In this document: positions 51,933 through 62,085 of the stretch, one piece after another
Position numbering within the stretch: the stretch's first letter is position 1
Layout of the letters: each line of letters starts with the position of its first letter
Assembly (NCBI GenBank): GCA_038207945.1
Contig: JBBQZG010000002.1
Span: 5,888-69,887, forward strand
Origin: Burkholderiales bacterium
GTDB taxonomy: Bacteria; Pseudomonadota; Gammaproteobacteria; Burkholderiales; Burkholderiaceae_C
Direction: 5' to 3'
DNA: 64,000 nt
Notes under the pieces: model-generated
The model's input: only the letters and a program-made list of their open reading frames with translations
Databases searched by the model: none
Told to the model about the DNA's origin: nothing
Made by a program: the position numbers and the translations under genes

Positions 51933-53147
51933 ATGCTGATCGACTTCTTCTACACCCTGCGCGCCGCCAAGCTGCCGGTGTCCGTCAAGGAATTCCTAAC
52001 CCTGCTGGAGGCTTTGAAGCTCGGTGTGGTCGGGCCCAAAACGGCTCAATCTGATGACGATGCCGAGGCCGCCAGCGGCTACAAGATCGAGGACTTTTAC
52101 TACCTGAGCCGCGCCACGCTGGTTAAGGACGAAAAGCATTACGACAAGTTCGATAAGGCTTTTTCAGCCTACTTCAAGGGCATTGAACTGGTGACCGACT
52201 TCACCAAAGACATCCCGCTGGACTGGCTCAAGAAAACGCTGGAGCTCAACCTCAGCCCCGAAGAAAAAGCCGCAATTGAAAAAATGGGCTGGGACGAGCT
52301 CATGGACACGCTCAGAAAGCGCCTCGAAGAACAAAAGGAACGCCACGAAGGCGGCAGCAAGTGGATTGGCACCGGCGGCACCAGCCCGTTTGGCCATGGC
52401 GGCTACAACCCGCAGGGCATCCGCATCGGTGGTGCCGGTAAAAACAAAAGCGCGGTCAAGGTGTGGGAACAGCGCGCCTACAAAGACTACGACGACACCC
52501 AGGAGCTCGGCACGCGCAACATCAAGGTGGCGCTGCGCCGCCTGCGCAAATTTGCCCGCGAAGGGAGCGTTGAAGAACTGGACTTGCCCGACACCATCCG
52601 CGCCACCGCCGCCAATGCCGGGTATCTGGACATCAAGATGATTCCCGAGCGGCACAACAACGTCAAAGTGCTGCTGTTGATGGACGTGGGTGGCACCATG
52701 GACGAACACATCACCCGTGTCGAAGAGATGTTTTCTGCCGCCAAGGCCGAATTCAAACACCTGGAGTTTTATTACTTTCACAACTGCGTGTACGACTTCA
52801 TGTGGAAGAACAACCGGCGCCGTTATGCCGAAAAGTTCCCCACCTGGGACATCATCCGCAAGTACAACAAAGACTACAAATTGATCTTCATCGGCGACGC
52901 CACCATGAGCCCCTATGAAATTTTGCAGCCTGGCGGCAGCGTGGAATACAGCAACGAAGAAGCCGGTGTGGCGTGGCTTGGGCGGCTCACCAGCGCTTTC
53001 CCCAGATTCGCCTGGATCAACCCTGAGCCGCAGGGCGTGTGGCAATACCGCCAGAGCATCAGCATCGTGCAGCAGCTCATGAGTGGGCGCATGTTCCCGC
53101 TGACGCTCAAAGGGCTGGAAGACACCATGAGGCTCTTGAGCAAATGA
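51933..53147 (+). CDS. VWA-domain protein (CoxE-like), MoxR partner
   Basis: MDVGGTM MIDAS-like motif, YFHNC, GDATMSP, WINP. Confidence 0.88.
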   Translation: MLIDFFYTLRAAKLPVSVKEFLTLLEALKLGVVGPKTAQSDDDAEAASGYKIEDFYYLSRATLVKDEKHYDKFDKAFSAYFKGIELVTDFTKDIPLDWLKKTLELNLSPEEKAAIEKMGWDELMDTLRKRLEEQKERHEGGSKWIGTGGTSPFGHGGYNPQGIRIGGAGKNKSAVKVWEQRAYKDYDDTQELGTRNIKVALRRLRKFAREGSVEELDLPDTIRATAANAGYLDIKMIPERHNNVKVLLLMDVGGTMDEHITRVEEMFSAAKAEFKHLEFYYFHNCVYDFMWKNNRRRYAEKFPTWDIIRKYNKDYKLIFIGDATMSPYEILQPGGSVEYSNEEAGVAWLGRLTSAFPRFAWINPEPQGVWQYRQSISIVQQLMSGRMFPLTLKGLEDTMRLLSK

Positions 53148-55027
53148 GGCCAATTTATCTGCTGGTCTGCTTGCTGCTTGCGCTGCCTGTGACCGCAACG
53201 GCGCAAACCCAGAGCAATGGCAGCGAACCATCCATCGATACGGGCACGCCATCGATGGCTTTGCCTGACGGCGATGCAACGCCAGTGACCACGGCGGCGC
53301 CAGCCAGTTCCGCCTTTGTGGTCCATATCGAAGCCCCCGATGACATCAAACTGCTCCTCACGCGCCATTTGGAACTGCAGCGTTACCGCGAACTCACCGA
53401 CCTCAGTGAGGACGAATTGGACCGACTGCTGAGCTTGGCCGAGCAAGATGCCCGCAAACTCGTCGGCACCCTGGGCTATTTTTCGCCCGCCATCACCCTC
53501 GCACGCCAGCCGGCCAACGCGGGCACGCCCTGGCCGGTGGTCAACATCACGGTGCTGCCAGGTGTGGCCACCCGCGTGACCCAGGTCGACATCGAATTCG
53601 CGGGCGCCATTGCCAATGATGCCGCAGCCGCGGCGCAGCGCGAGCAGATCCTTGCCAGTTGGCCATTGCGCGCTGGCAACCGCTTCACACAAGCGGCGTG
53701 GGACGCGGCCAAACTGCAAGCCTTGCGCCAGCTCACCACACTGCGTTACCCGACCGGGCGTGTTAGCCACACGCTGGCCGACATTGACCCTGACACCCAC
53801 CAGGCGCGCCTAGCACTCACACTGGACTCGGGCCCGGCTTACCGCCTGGGCGCCCTGAGCATCGAAGGTTTGTCACGCTATGACGCCGAGCTGGTGCAGC
53901 GTCTTGCCCGCATCAGTCCCGGCGCAGACTACAGCCAGGCCGAGCTGGTGGCCGCCCAGCAGCGACTGTCAGACAGCGGCTTCTTTGAATCGGTGTTCAT
54001 CACGATCGACACCGCCCACCCCGATGCGGCTCAGGTGCTGGTGAAGCTGCGCGAGGCACGCCTGCAAAAAATTGTGGTCGGCGTGGGCGCCAGCACCGAC
54101 CGCGGGCCGCGCCTCTCGCTCGAACACACCCACAACAAGGTGCCGGGCATTGGCTGGCATGCCCTGAGCAAGCTGCAGCTTGAACGCGACAACCGTGCCA
54201 TTGGCACGGAGCTGACCGCACCGCCCGACCTGGCCAACTGGCGTTGGGCGGTCTCGGGGCTGCTGCAAAACCAGTTGCTGGGCACCCGGAACGTCACCAG
54301 CCAGCAGTTGCGCGGCGGGCGCAAACAAAGCAACGAACGCATCGACCGCAACCTGTATGTGCAATACGACCGCGCCGAATCGGTGGACACCGACACCACG
54401 GATCCAGTGATTGCCCAATCCATCAGCGCCAACTACGCCTTTGCCGTGCGCTACTACGACAGCCTGCCGTTCCCGTCAAGCGGCTGGGGCTGGGGCGCAG
54501 AAGTGGGCGGCGGCACCACGCTGGGCAATGACCCCCAGGCGTACACCCGGCTGCTGACGCGCTGGCAAGGCTTTTTGGGACTGGGCCGTGGCGGTAGCAC
54601 ACAAGCCGGTGCCGGTCGCCTTGCCATGCGCGCATCGGCTGGCGCAATCATGGCCAAAGACAGCAGCGGCCTGCCCAGCACCCAGTTGTTTTTGGCAGGA
54701 GGTGACAACAGCGTGCGCGGCTACGGCCTGCACGACATTGGCGTCACGCTGGCAGACGGCAGCGTCACCGCCGGGCGTTACCTGGCCACGGGCAGCATCG
54801 AGTGGCAGCGTCCGATTCGCATCAACGGCAACTTGAGCGATTGGGAAAGCACCGTGTTTGTGGATGCGGGTGCGGTGGCTAACCGGCCCGCCGATCTCAC
54901 GCCCAAGGTGGGCGTGGGGGTGGGCGCGCGCTGGAAGAGCCCGGTGGGGCCGCTGCAAATTGACCTGGCCTACGGTGTCGATGTGCAGCGCCTTCGCCTG
55001 CACATGAACCTGGGCTTTACCTTCTGA
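53144..55027 (+). CDS. tamA: Translocation and assembly module TamA
   Basis: Signal peptide, POTRA region, GGDNSVRGY, SPVGPLQIDLAYG, terminal Phe. Confidence 0.9.
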   Translation: MRPIYLLVCLLLALPVTATAQTQSNGSEPSIDTGTPSMALPDGDATPVTTAAPASSAFVVHIEAPDDIKLLLTRHLELQRYRELTDLSEDELDRLLSLAEQDARKLVGTLGYFSPAITLARQPANAGTPWPVVNITVLPGVATRVTQVDIEFAGAIANDAAAAAQREQILASWPLRAGNRFTQAAWDAAKLQALRQLTTLRYPTGRVSHTLADIDPDTHQARLALTLDSGPAYRLGALSIEGLSRYDAELVQRLARISPGADYSQAELVAAQQRLSDSGFFESVFITIDTAHPDAAQVLVKLREARLQKIVVGVGASTDRGPRLSLEHTHNKVPGIGWHALSKLQLERDNRAIGTELTAPPDLANWRWAVSGLLQNQLLGTRNVTSQQLRGGRKQSNERIDRNLYVQYDRAESVDTDTTDPVIAQSISANYAFAVRYYDSLPFPSSGWGWGAEVGGGTTLGNDPQAYTRLLTRWQGFLGLGRGGSTQAGAGRLAMRASAGAIMAKDSSGLPSTQLFLAGGDNSVRGYGLHDIGVTLADGSVTAGRYLATGSIEWQRPIRINGNLSDWESTVFVDAGAVANRPADLTPKVGVGVGARWKSPVGPLQIDLAYGVDVQRLRLHMNLGFTF

Positions 55028-58000
55028 TGAACGCCCTGCGACTGAGCCTGAAACTGCTGGCCGCCACCCTCGTCACGGTGCTGGCACTTGCTGGCGCCCT
55101 TTGGCTGTGGAGCGGTTCTGAGAGCTCGCTGGCCACCTTGCTGACACGGCTGCAGCGGTTTTTGCCGGCCGATCAAACGCTGGAAGCGAAAGACGTTCGG
55201 GGCTCGTTGCAAGGTGGTGGACACATCGGCTGGCTGCGCTGGAGCCGCGGCGAGCTCAGTGTTGAGGCCCAAGACATTGGCGTGGCCTGGACGCTTGGCC
55301 CGCTTTTCAACAAGCAACTCCGGCTCAGTGCGCTCACCGTTGCGTCGCTCAAAATTGATGACCAGCGCACAAACGACAGCAACACGCCGCCCACGCCACC
55401 GACCGACTTGAGGCTACCGATCACCCTCGATGTGCCGTTCAAGGTGGCCTCCGTCACTTGGACAGGTGCCACCACGCTGCAGGCCACCGAGCTCAGTGGT
55501 CAATATATTTTTGATAGCTACTCACACAAGATCGACAAGGGCCAGGTGCGTATTTCATCAGGAACCTACCAACTGGGTGGCGAGCTGCAGGCCAGCGCCC
55601 CGATGGCGCTTTCCCTGCAGGCCAACGGGCAGGTGGCCACCACCGTACCGTCCAGTCAGACGCCTTTAACGGTGGCCGCCACCGCCAAGCTCACAGGCGA
55701 ACTCAGCGGGGCACAAGCCGTGCTGGCGCTGCAAGCCACCTTGACGCCAGAGCTGCCTGCCGGACCAACAACGTCCCGCGAGACCCAGGCCGAGGCCATG
55801 CAAGCCACCTTGTCCGCCCGCCTGCAGCCCTGGCAAGCGCAACCCGTGACACTGGCCAACGCCCAGTGGCAAGCCCTGAACCTGGCCGCGCTGTGGCCAC
55901 AGGCGCCGCAGACCCTGCTCACCGGCGAGGCCAGCGTAACGCCTGCGGGTGACGCCTGGCAGGCCAAGGTCAGCCTGACCAACGCCCTGCCCGGCCCATG
56001 GAACCAGCAGCGTCTGCCGCTGAACACGCTGCAGGCCGATGTGGCCTACGACCAAAACCAATGGCTGCTGCGGTCCGGGCGGGCCACGGGCGCTGGCGGC
56101 AGCGTCACGGGGGCCGGCCAATTCAATGCAGGCCTGTGGCAAGGCAGCGCCAGCCTGCAAGGCCTGAACCCGGCCGCCATCGACACGCGTCTGGCCAGTG
56201 GCGCCCTGGGCGGCAAGCTTCAAGCCGAGCAAGCCACCAATGGCATCAGCTTTTCCGCACAGCTTCAGGCTGATCCCGCCAAGCTCAAACCCGCCAAAGC
56301 CACGCCCTTGCCAGACAGCCTGCAAGCCCTGAAATTGCAGAGCCTGCAAGCCACGGGCCTGTGGGCCGACCCGCTGCTGACCCTGAGCGCCCTGCGCCTT
56401 GACGCGCAAGATGCCCAACTGGAGGGCAAGCTTGCCTACCAGACCATCACCCAGGCCACGCAAGGCCAATTGGCGCTCACACTGCCCGGAGCGCACGGCA
56501 CGCTCGACGGTCATCTGGCAAGTGACAAAGGCCAAGGCAGCCTGGCCGTAGATGTAACAGATGCTGCACTTGTCACCCGCTGGCTCACGCGCTGGCCGGT
56601 TGTGGCCAACGCCTTACAAGGCACGCGCTTGATGGGTGCAGCGCAGCTTCAAGCCAACTGGCAAGGCGGCTGGCAGCAACAAGGCAAAGCCTTACGGCTG
56701 GACGCCAAATTGCGCGCCCCGCAGCTGAACTGGCGCAACAACCCGGCCACCCAACCCGATGCGCCACAAGACGGCCAGTTGCGAGACGCTCAGATCGACC
56801 TGAGCGGCAGCTTGGCTGACCTCAAGCTCAGCACTCAAGGCCAGGCTGGCATCGGCACCCGGCAAGTTCACTGGCAGGCCCAGGCCAGCGGCGGGCAGCA
56901 CACCGCCCAACACTGGCAAGGCAGCTTGAACGCCCTCACCTTGCGCACACAGAACGCAGCGCGGCCTGGCCTGTGGACATTCACCACAGGCAGTACGGGC
57001 AGCAAGAATGCCGACACGGGCAACAGTGGCAGCGCGGGTGATGCGGCCAGCAAAGCCGGCCCTACCAGCCAAGCCATCACGCTGGACTGGCTGCAAAGCG
57101 GCGCTGCCCAAACACTTTCCGTGGGCAGCGGCACGGCACAACTTACCGGCCCCCTGCCGGGCACGGCGCGCTTGAGCTGGCAGCCCGCCCAATGGTCGCC
57201 ACAACAGCTGCCAGTGGGCCGGCAAGCCACCACCCAAGCACGTTGGCAAAGCCAGGGCACCCTCAGCCAGCTGCCGCTGGCCTGGCTCGATGCCGTCAGC
57301 GACAAAAGCATGGCCGACCTGGGGCTGAGCAGTGACCTGATCCTGGCGGGCAGTTGGGACGCCAAATACACCGACATGCTGCACCTGAGCGCCATGCTGG
57401 AACGCAGTTCGGGCGACCTGCGCCTGAGCACGGACGCCAGCCAAAAGCAGATCTTGCCCGCCGGCATGCAGGAAGCCCGGCTCAACATCAACCTCGACGG
57501 TGAGCAGCTCTCAAGCAGCCTGCGCTGGGACAGCGCGCGCGCCGGCAAGGCGCTGCTGGCCTTCAGCACCCAGCTTCAGGCGTCTCAGGGTTGGGCTTGG
57601 GCTGCCGATGCGCCGCTGGGTGGCAGCCTGCAAATGCAGTTGCCGCCGGTGGATGCCTGGTCTGCACTGGCGCCACCGGGTTGGCGCTTGCGTGGCACGC
57701 TGGATGCCGATGCCACGCTCACCGGCACACGCAAGTCGCCGCAGTGGCGCGGCACGCTGCAAGCCAAAGACCTGGCGGTGCGCTCGGTGGCCGACGGCAT
57801 TGATTTCCAGCAAGGCAGCCTGACCGCCCGGCTGGAAGGCCAACAGCTCAACATCGAAGACTTCACGCTATATGGCCCAACTGGCGCTGCGGGCGGCATG
57901 GTCAAAATCACCGGCATGGCCCGCTGGTTGCCTGCTGGCAAACCTGACCAACCGATGGCGCAGCGTGTGCAAATCTCACTTGCAGCCAACGCCCGGGCGT

Positions 58001-58974
58001 TGCGCTTGAGCACCCGTTCTGACCGCCGCATCACCGTTTCGGGCCAACTGTCGGCGCAACTCAACGACACCCTGCTCACCCTGCGCGGCAAGGTCAGCGC
58101 CGACCAGGCCTTGCTCACGCTGCCCAGTCAAAGTGTGCCCGTGCTGGGCGACGACGTGGTGGTGCGGCCATCTGCCGCACAAGCAGAACAAGAGGCGTTG
58201 ACCCCACCCAAGCCGTCTGCCAAGGCCGCCGCACCTGACGCTGCCCAGCGCCCTGCCAGCACCATCACCCATGACATCTTGGTCACGCTCGACTTGGGCC
58301 CGAGCTTTCAGGTGCGCGGGCGTGGCCTCGAAACCCGGTTGTCAGGCGAGCTTGAATTGCGCGCGGTGGGCACGGCCAAGCCCACGTTGACCGGCACCGT
58401 GCGCACCGTGCGCGGCACCTACCAGGCTTACGGCCAGCGCCTGGACATCGAGCAAGGTCTGCTGCGCTTTTATGGCCCGGTGGACAACCCGGCACTCGAC
58501 ATCCTGGCGATTCGCCCCAAAATCAGCCAGCGCGTGGGCGTGCAGGTGCTGGGCACCGCCTTGTCACCGATCGTGCGCCTGTACGCCGAACCTGAATTGC
58601 CTGAGGCAGAAAAACTCGCCTGGCTGGTGCTGGGCCGCTCCGCCAGTGGCAGCGGTGGCGAAGCCGCCTTGCTGCAGCAGGCGGCACTGGCCTTGCTCGG
58701 CGGCAGCGGCCAAGGGCCAACGGCCAGCCTGACCCAAGCGCTCGGCCTGGACGAACTGAGTTTTAAAGGCAGCTCGGGCGAGACCACCAGCGGTGCCACC
58801 GTGACCCTAGGCAAGCGCCTGGGCAATGATTTTTATGTGGCTTACGAGAGCGGTCTGGCGGGCACCATGGGCGTCTTTACCATTTTTTACGACCTCTCTA
58901 AGCGGCTGACACTGCGTGCACAAACCGGCGAACAAAGCGCCATCGATCTGATCTGGACCCACCGCTACGACTGA
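55027..58974 (+). CDS. tamB: Translocation and assembly module TamB
   Basis: N-terminal TM, 1315 aa, DUF490-like YGQRL...NPALDILA C-terminus. Confidence 0.9.
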   Translation: MNALRLSLKLLAATLVTVLALAGALWLWSGSESSLATLLTRLQRFLPADQTLEAKDVRGSLQGGGHIGWLRWSRGELSVEAQDIGVAWTLGPLFNKQLRLSALTVASLKIDDQRTNDSNTPPTPPTDLRLPITLDVPFKVASVTWTGATTLQATELSGQYIFDSYSHKIDKGQVRISSGTYQLGGELQASAPMALSLQANGQVATTVPSSQTPLTVAATAKLTGELSGAQAVLALQATLTPELPAGPTTSRETQAEAMQATLSARLQPWQAQPVTLANAQWQALNLAALWPQAPQTLLTGEASVTPAGDAWQAKVSLTNALPGPWNQQRLPLNTLQADVAYDQNQWLLRSGRATGAGGSVTGAGQFNAGLWQGSASLQGLNPAAIDTRLASGALGGKLQAEQATNGISFSAQLQADPAKLKPAKATPLPDSLQALKLQSLQATGLWADPLLTLSALRLDAQDAQLEGKLAYQTITQATQGQLALTLPGAHGTLDGHLASDKGQGSLAVDVTDAALVTRWLTRWPVVANALQGTRLMGAAQLQANWQGGWQQQGKALRLDAKLRAPQLNWRNNPATQPDAPQDGQLRDAQIDLSGSLADLKLSTQGQAGIGTRQVHWQAQASGGQHTAQHWQGSLNALTLRTQNAARPGLWTFTTGSTGSKNADTGNSGSAGDAASKAGPTSQAITLDWLQSGAAQTLSVGSGTAQLTGPLPGTARLSWQPAQWSPQQLPVGRQATTQARWQSQGTLSQLPLAWLDAVSDKSMADLGLSSDLILAGSWDAKYTDMLHLSAMLERSSGDLRLSTDASQKQILPAGMQEARLNINLDGEQLSSSLRWDSARAGKALLAFSTQLQASQGWAWAADAPLGGSLQMQLPPVDAWSALAPPGWRLRGTLDADATLTGTRKSPQWRGTLQAKDLAVRSVADGIDFQQGSLTARLEGQQLNIEDFTLYGPTGAAGGMVKITGMARWLPAGKPDQPMAQRVQISLAANARALRLSTRSDRRITVSGQLSAQLNDTLLTLRGKVSADQALLTLPSQSVPVLGDDVVVRPSAAQAEQEALTPPKPSAKAAAPDAAQRPASTITHDILVTLDLGPSFQVRGRGLETRLSGELELRAVGTAKPTLTGTVRTVRGTYQAYGQRLDIEQGLLRFYGPVDNPALDILAIRPKISQRVGVQVLGTALSPIVRLYAEPELPEAEKLAWLVLGRSASGSGGEAALLQQAALALLGGSGQGPTASLTQALGLDELSFKGSSGETTSGATVTLGKRLGNDFYVAYESGLAGTMGVFTIFYDLSKRLTLRAQTGEQSAIDLIWTHRYD
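55501..55560 (-). repeat. AT-rich repeat, in-frame copy in tamB
   Basis: Minus strand GAAATACGCACCTGGCCCTTGTCGATCTTGTGTGAGTAGCTATCAAAAATATATTG; shares GTGAGTAGCTAT with copy 63654. Confidence 0.62.
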
Positions 58975-59030
58975 AAAGCAGGGATTTTTGTCGCCTGACT
59001 TCCCGCATGCCCGGCGCTGTGCGCAATCCC

Positions 59031-59096
59031 TTATCCATAAGAAAGTGACCTGTAGCCATTGTATTTATTGCGTAATTAGCTATTAATATAAGAGCA
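59031..59096 (+). repeat. ~65-bp AT-rich repeat, intergenic copy
   Basis: ATAAGAAAGTGACCTGTAGCCATTGTATTTATTGCGTAATTAGCTATTAATATAAGAGCA. Confidence 0.78.
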
Positions 59097-59141
59097 TTTC
59101 AGAACAACCCCAACGAATCAGAGGGTTTGACAGTCATTCAC

Positions 59142-59156
59142 TAGACGACTGGTCTA
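59142..59156. promoter_or_regulatory. NemR-type operator 1
   Basis: Palindrome TAGAC-GACTG-GTCTA upstream of the TetR gene. Confidence 0.8.
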
Positions 59157-59174
59157 CTTTGATACAATCCGTCC

Positions 59175-59795
59175 ATGCTCATCGAACAATCATCCGCCAG
59201 AGACCACATCCTCGATTGCGGGGAGCGCCTGATTGCGAGCAAAGGTTTTGTCGGTGTAGGCCTGGCTGAAATACTCTCTGTGGCTGGCGTGCCCAAGGGC
59301 TCGTTCTACCACTACTTCAGCTCCAAGGAGCGTTTTGGAGAGGTGCTCCTGACCCGTTATATCCATGCCTACTTGGCCCGACTTGACGGCCTGCTAAAAC
59401 CTGACGGCACGACGGCCCGGCAACGCCTGATGGCATATTGGTCCTACTGGAACATCAGCCAATGCGACATTTCTGCCGCAGGTTGCGACAACGCCAGCGC
59501 CGGCAGCAAGTGCCTGATCGTCAAACTCAGCGCTGAGGTGGCCGATATTTCCGAGGCCATGCGCCGGACCTTGCGCGACGGCACTGACCAAGTGGTGCAG
59601 CGCATTGCCCAGTGTCTGGAGGATGCCAGGGCCGATGGGTCCGTGCCGCGGTCATTGGTGGCCGAGTCAACCGCATTGACCCTGTATGAACTCTGGCTGG
59701 GAGCCAGCCTGCTGGCCAAATTGCGCCGCGATGGCTCACCCTTTGTGCACGCCTTGGCCAGCACCGAGCAATGGCTGGGCTCGCCGGCCCATTAG
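59175..59795 (+). CDS. nemR: TetR family regulator, NemR-like
   Basis: KGFVGVGLAEIL..AGVPKGSFYHYF.SKE.FG, CLIVKLSAEVAD, LWLGASL. Confidence 0.85.
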   Translation: MLIEQSSARDHILDCGERLIASKGFVGVGLAEILSVAGVPKGSFYHYFSSKERFGEVLLTRYIHAYLARLDGLLKPDGTTARQRLMAYWSYWNISQCDISAAGCDNASAGSKCLIVKLSAEVADISEAMRRTLRDGTDQVVQRIAQCLEDARADGSVPRSLVAESTALTLYELWLGASLLAKLRRDGSPFVHALASTEQWLGSPAH

Positions 59796-59832
59796 CGCCC
59801 GCGGCTTGCCTCCGTTTTTTTTCCAAAATTGC

Positions 59833-59847
59833 TAGACGACCGGTCTA
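59833..59847. promoter_or_regulatory. NemR-type operator 2
   Basis: TAGAC-GACCG-GTCTA upstream of yqhD; 14 of 15 identical to operator 1. Confidence 0.8.
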
Positions 59848-59888
59848 CTTTCATCTTTCATCAACCCATTGCACCCACTCCAATTGCC

Positions 59889-61049
59889 ATGAATAATTTT
59901 GATTTCTACAACCCCACCCACATCGCCTTCGGCAAAGACCGCATCGGCGACCTGTCCAGCCTGGTGCCCGCAGCGGCCAAAGTCCTGATTCTTGTTGGCG
60001 GCGCCAGTGCCGAAAAAACCGGCACCCTGGCGGAGGTGCGTCAGGCCTTGGGCGCACGCACCCACAGCACCTTCAGCGGCATTGAGCCCAACCCGAGTTT
60101 TGACACTGCCATGAAAGCCGTGCAGATGGTGCGTGCGCAAGGCTTTGACTTTCTGCTGGCGGTCGGCGGCGGCTCGGTCATTGATGCCACCAAATTCATC
60201 GCTGCGGCCGTGCCGTTTGAAGGCGACGCCTGGGACATCCTGCGCAAAGGTGGGCGCAACATCGCTCAAGCCCTGCCATTCGGTGTCGTGCTGACCCTGC
60301 CTGCCACCGGCTCAGAAATGAACAACGGCGCGGTCATTACCCGGCATGACATCGGCGCCAAACTGCCGTTTCGCAGCCCTCAGTTGTTTGCCAAATTTGC
60401 CGTGCTGGACCCCACCAAAACCTACACCCTGCCCACCCGGCAACTGGCCAACGGCGTGGTGGACGCCTTTGTGCACACCATGGAGCAATACCTCACCTAC
60501 CCGGCCAACGCGCCGGTGCAAGACCGCTTTGCCGAAGGGCTATTGCAGACACTGGTTGAAATTGGCCCACGCCTGCTCACCTCCACCGAACCAGACTACG
60601 ACGACCGCGCCAGCCTGACGTGGGCGGCCACGCTGGCATTGAATGGCCTGATTGGCGCCGGTGTGCCGCAAGACTGGGCCACCCACATGGTTGGCCACGA
60701 ACTGACGGCGCAGTACAACATCGACCATGCCCGCACGCTGGCGATTGTGCTGCCCGCCATGTTGCAAGAAAGGCGCACGCAAAAACACGCCAAACTGTTG
60801 CAGTACGGCCAACGGGTGTGGGGCATCAACACCGGCAGTGATGAGCAGCGCATCACCGCCGCCATTGACGCCACCCGTGACTTCTTCGAGCGCATGGGTC
60901 TGCCCACCCGTCTGAGCGCCTATGAACTGGGCGTTGAGGCCATCGACCTGGTGCTCAAACAACTCGAAGCCCATGGCATGACCGCGCTGGGCGAACACAA
61001 TGACGTGACCCCGGCGGTCAGCCGCCGTGTGCTGGAAGCCGCGCTCTGA
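59889..61049 (+). CDS. yqhD: NADPH-dependent aldehyde reductase (iron-ADH family, YqhD-like)
   Basis: MNNFDFYNPTHIAFG, GIEPNP, GGGSVID, QDWATHMVGHE, DHARTLA. Confidence 0.9.
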   Translation: MNNFDFYNPTHIAFGKDRIGDLSSLVPAAAKVLILVGGASAEKTGTLAEVRQALGARTHSTFSGIEPNPSFDTAMKAVQMVRAQGFDFLLAVGGGSVIDATKFIAAAVPFEGDAWDILRKGGRNIAQALPFGVVLTLPATGSEMNNGAVITRHDIGAKLPFRSPQLFAKFAVLDPTKTYTLPTRQLANGVVDAFVHTMEQYLTYPANAPVQDRFAEGLLQTLVEIGPRLLTSTEPDYDDRASLTWAATLALNGLIGAGVPQDWATHMVGHELTAQYNIDHARTLAIVLPAMLQERRTQKHAKLLQYGQRVWGINTGSDEQRITAAIDATRDFFERMGLPTRLSAYELGVEAIDLVLKQLEAHGMTALGEHNDVTPAVSRRVLEAAL

Positions 61050-61091
61050 CGCCCCATTTTCTTTCCACTTTTTTAACTGACTGGACTCCAC

Positions 61092-61772
61092 ATGAAAAAA
61101 ATACTGATGGTTTTGACCTCACATGACCAACTCGGCAACACCGGCGCCAAAACCGGTTTTTGGCTGGAGGAATTTGCTGCGCCCTATTACGTGTTCAAGG
61201 ATGTGGGTGCCGACATCATTCTGGCATCCCCGTTGGGTGGCCAGCCGCCGCTGGACCCCAAAAGCGATGACCCGGCCTCGCAAACCGAGGCCACCCACCG
61301 CTTCAAGGCTGACCCGGCCGCACAGGCGCAGCTGGCAGGCACTCACAAGCTGGCCGGGCTGTCGGCACAAGACTTCGATGCCGTGTTCTACCCCGGCGGC
61401 CATGGCCCCTTGTGGGATTTGGCCGAAGACGCATCGTCGATCACCCTGATTGAACGCATGCTGGCGGCGGGCAAACCGGTGGCAGCGGTGTGCCATGCCC
61501 CTGCGGTGCTGCGCCACCCGAAAGGCGTCGATGGCAAGTCTGTGGTGCATGGCAAGTCCGTGACCGGCTTCACCAACAGCGAAGAAGCGGCGGTGGGTTT
61601 GACCCAGGTGGTGCCATTTTTGGTGGAGGACATGTTGACCCAAAATGGCGGCGTTTACGCCAAGGGCGCAGACTGGCAGCCTTATGTGGTCGTTGATGGG
61701 CACCTGATCACGGGCCAGAATCCGGCCTCGTCAGAACCGGCAGCCAAGGCCCTGTGGCTGGCGTTGGCGTGA
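61092..61772 (+). CDS. DJ-1/PfpI (Hsp31-like) type 1 glutamine amidotransferase-domain protein
   Basis: TGFWLEE, PGGHGP, VCHAP, ITGQNPAS. Confidence 0.9.
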   Translation: MKKILMVLTSHDQLGNTGAKTGFWLEEFAAPYYVFKDVGADIILASPLGGQPPLDPKSDDPASQTEATHRFKADPAAQAQLAGTHKLAGLSAQDFDAVFYPGGHGPLWDLAEDASSITLIERMLAAGKPVAAVCHAPAVLRHPKGVDGKSVVHGKSVTGFTNSEEAAVGLTQVVPFLVEDMLTQNGGVYAKGADWQPYVVVDGHLITGQNPASSEPAAKALWLALA

Positions 61773-61774
61773 AC

Positions 61775-61839
61775 ATTCAAGACTAAATTGGCTTGAAGCC
61801 CTTTATTTACGTGCACAACCAGCTATTGATTGCATAGTA
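61775..61839 (+). repeat. ~65-bp AT-rich repeat, intergenic copy
   Basis: AAATTGGCTTGAAGCCCTTTATTTACGTGCACAACCAGCTATTGATTGCATAGTA. Confidence 0.72.
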
Positions 61840-61935
61840 AATCAGGGGCTGTGCGGCCACACCACACGCCCAAGCAGCTGACATTTCGGCAGAGCCCGCA
61901 AGCAGCATACCGCCAGCCAATAGAATCACCGTCTC

Positions 61936-62010
61936 CCCGCTGTAGTTCAATGGATAGAACGAGTGCCTCCTAAGTGCTAGATACAGGTTCGATTCCTGTC
62001 AGCGGGACCA
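61936..62010 (+). tRNA. tRNA-Arg(CCT)
   Basis: Acceptor stem CCCGCTG/CAGCGGG, anticodon loop CTCCTAA, T-loop TTCGATT, encoded CCA; TAGAAT upstream. Confidence 0.95.
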
Positions 62011-62085
62011 ATGCATGTTCGCCCGCAATAAACCTGCTTGCGCCGCTCGGTTCAATTGAAAAATGAAGGCTGATACGCCTCAAAA

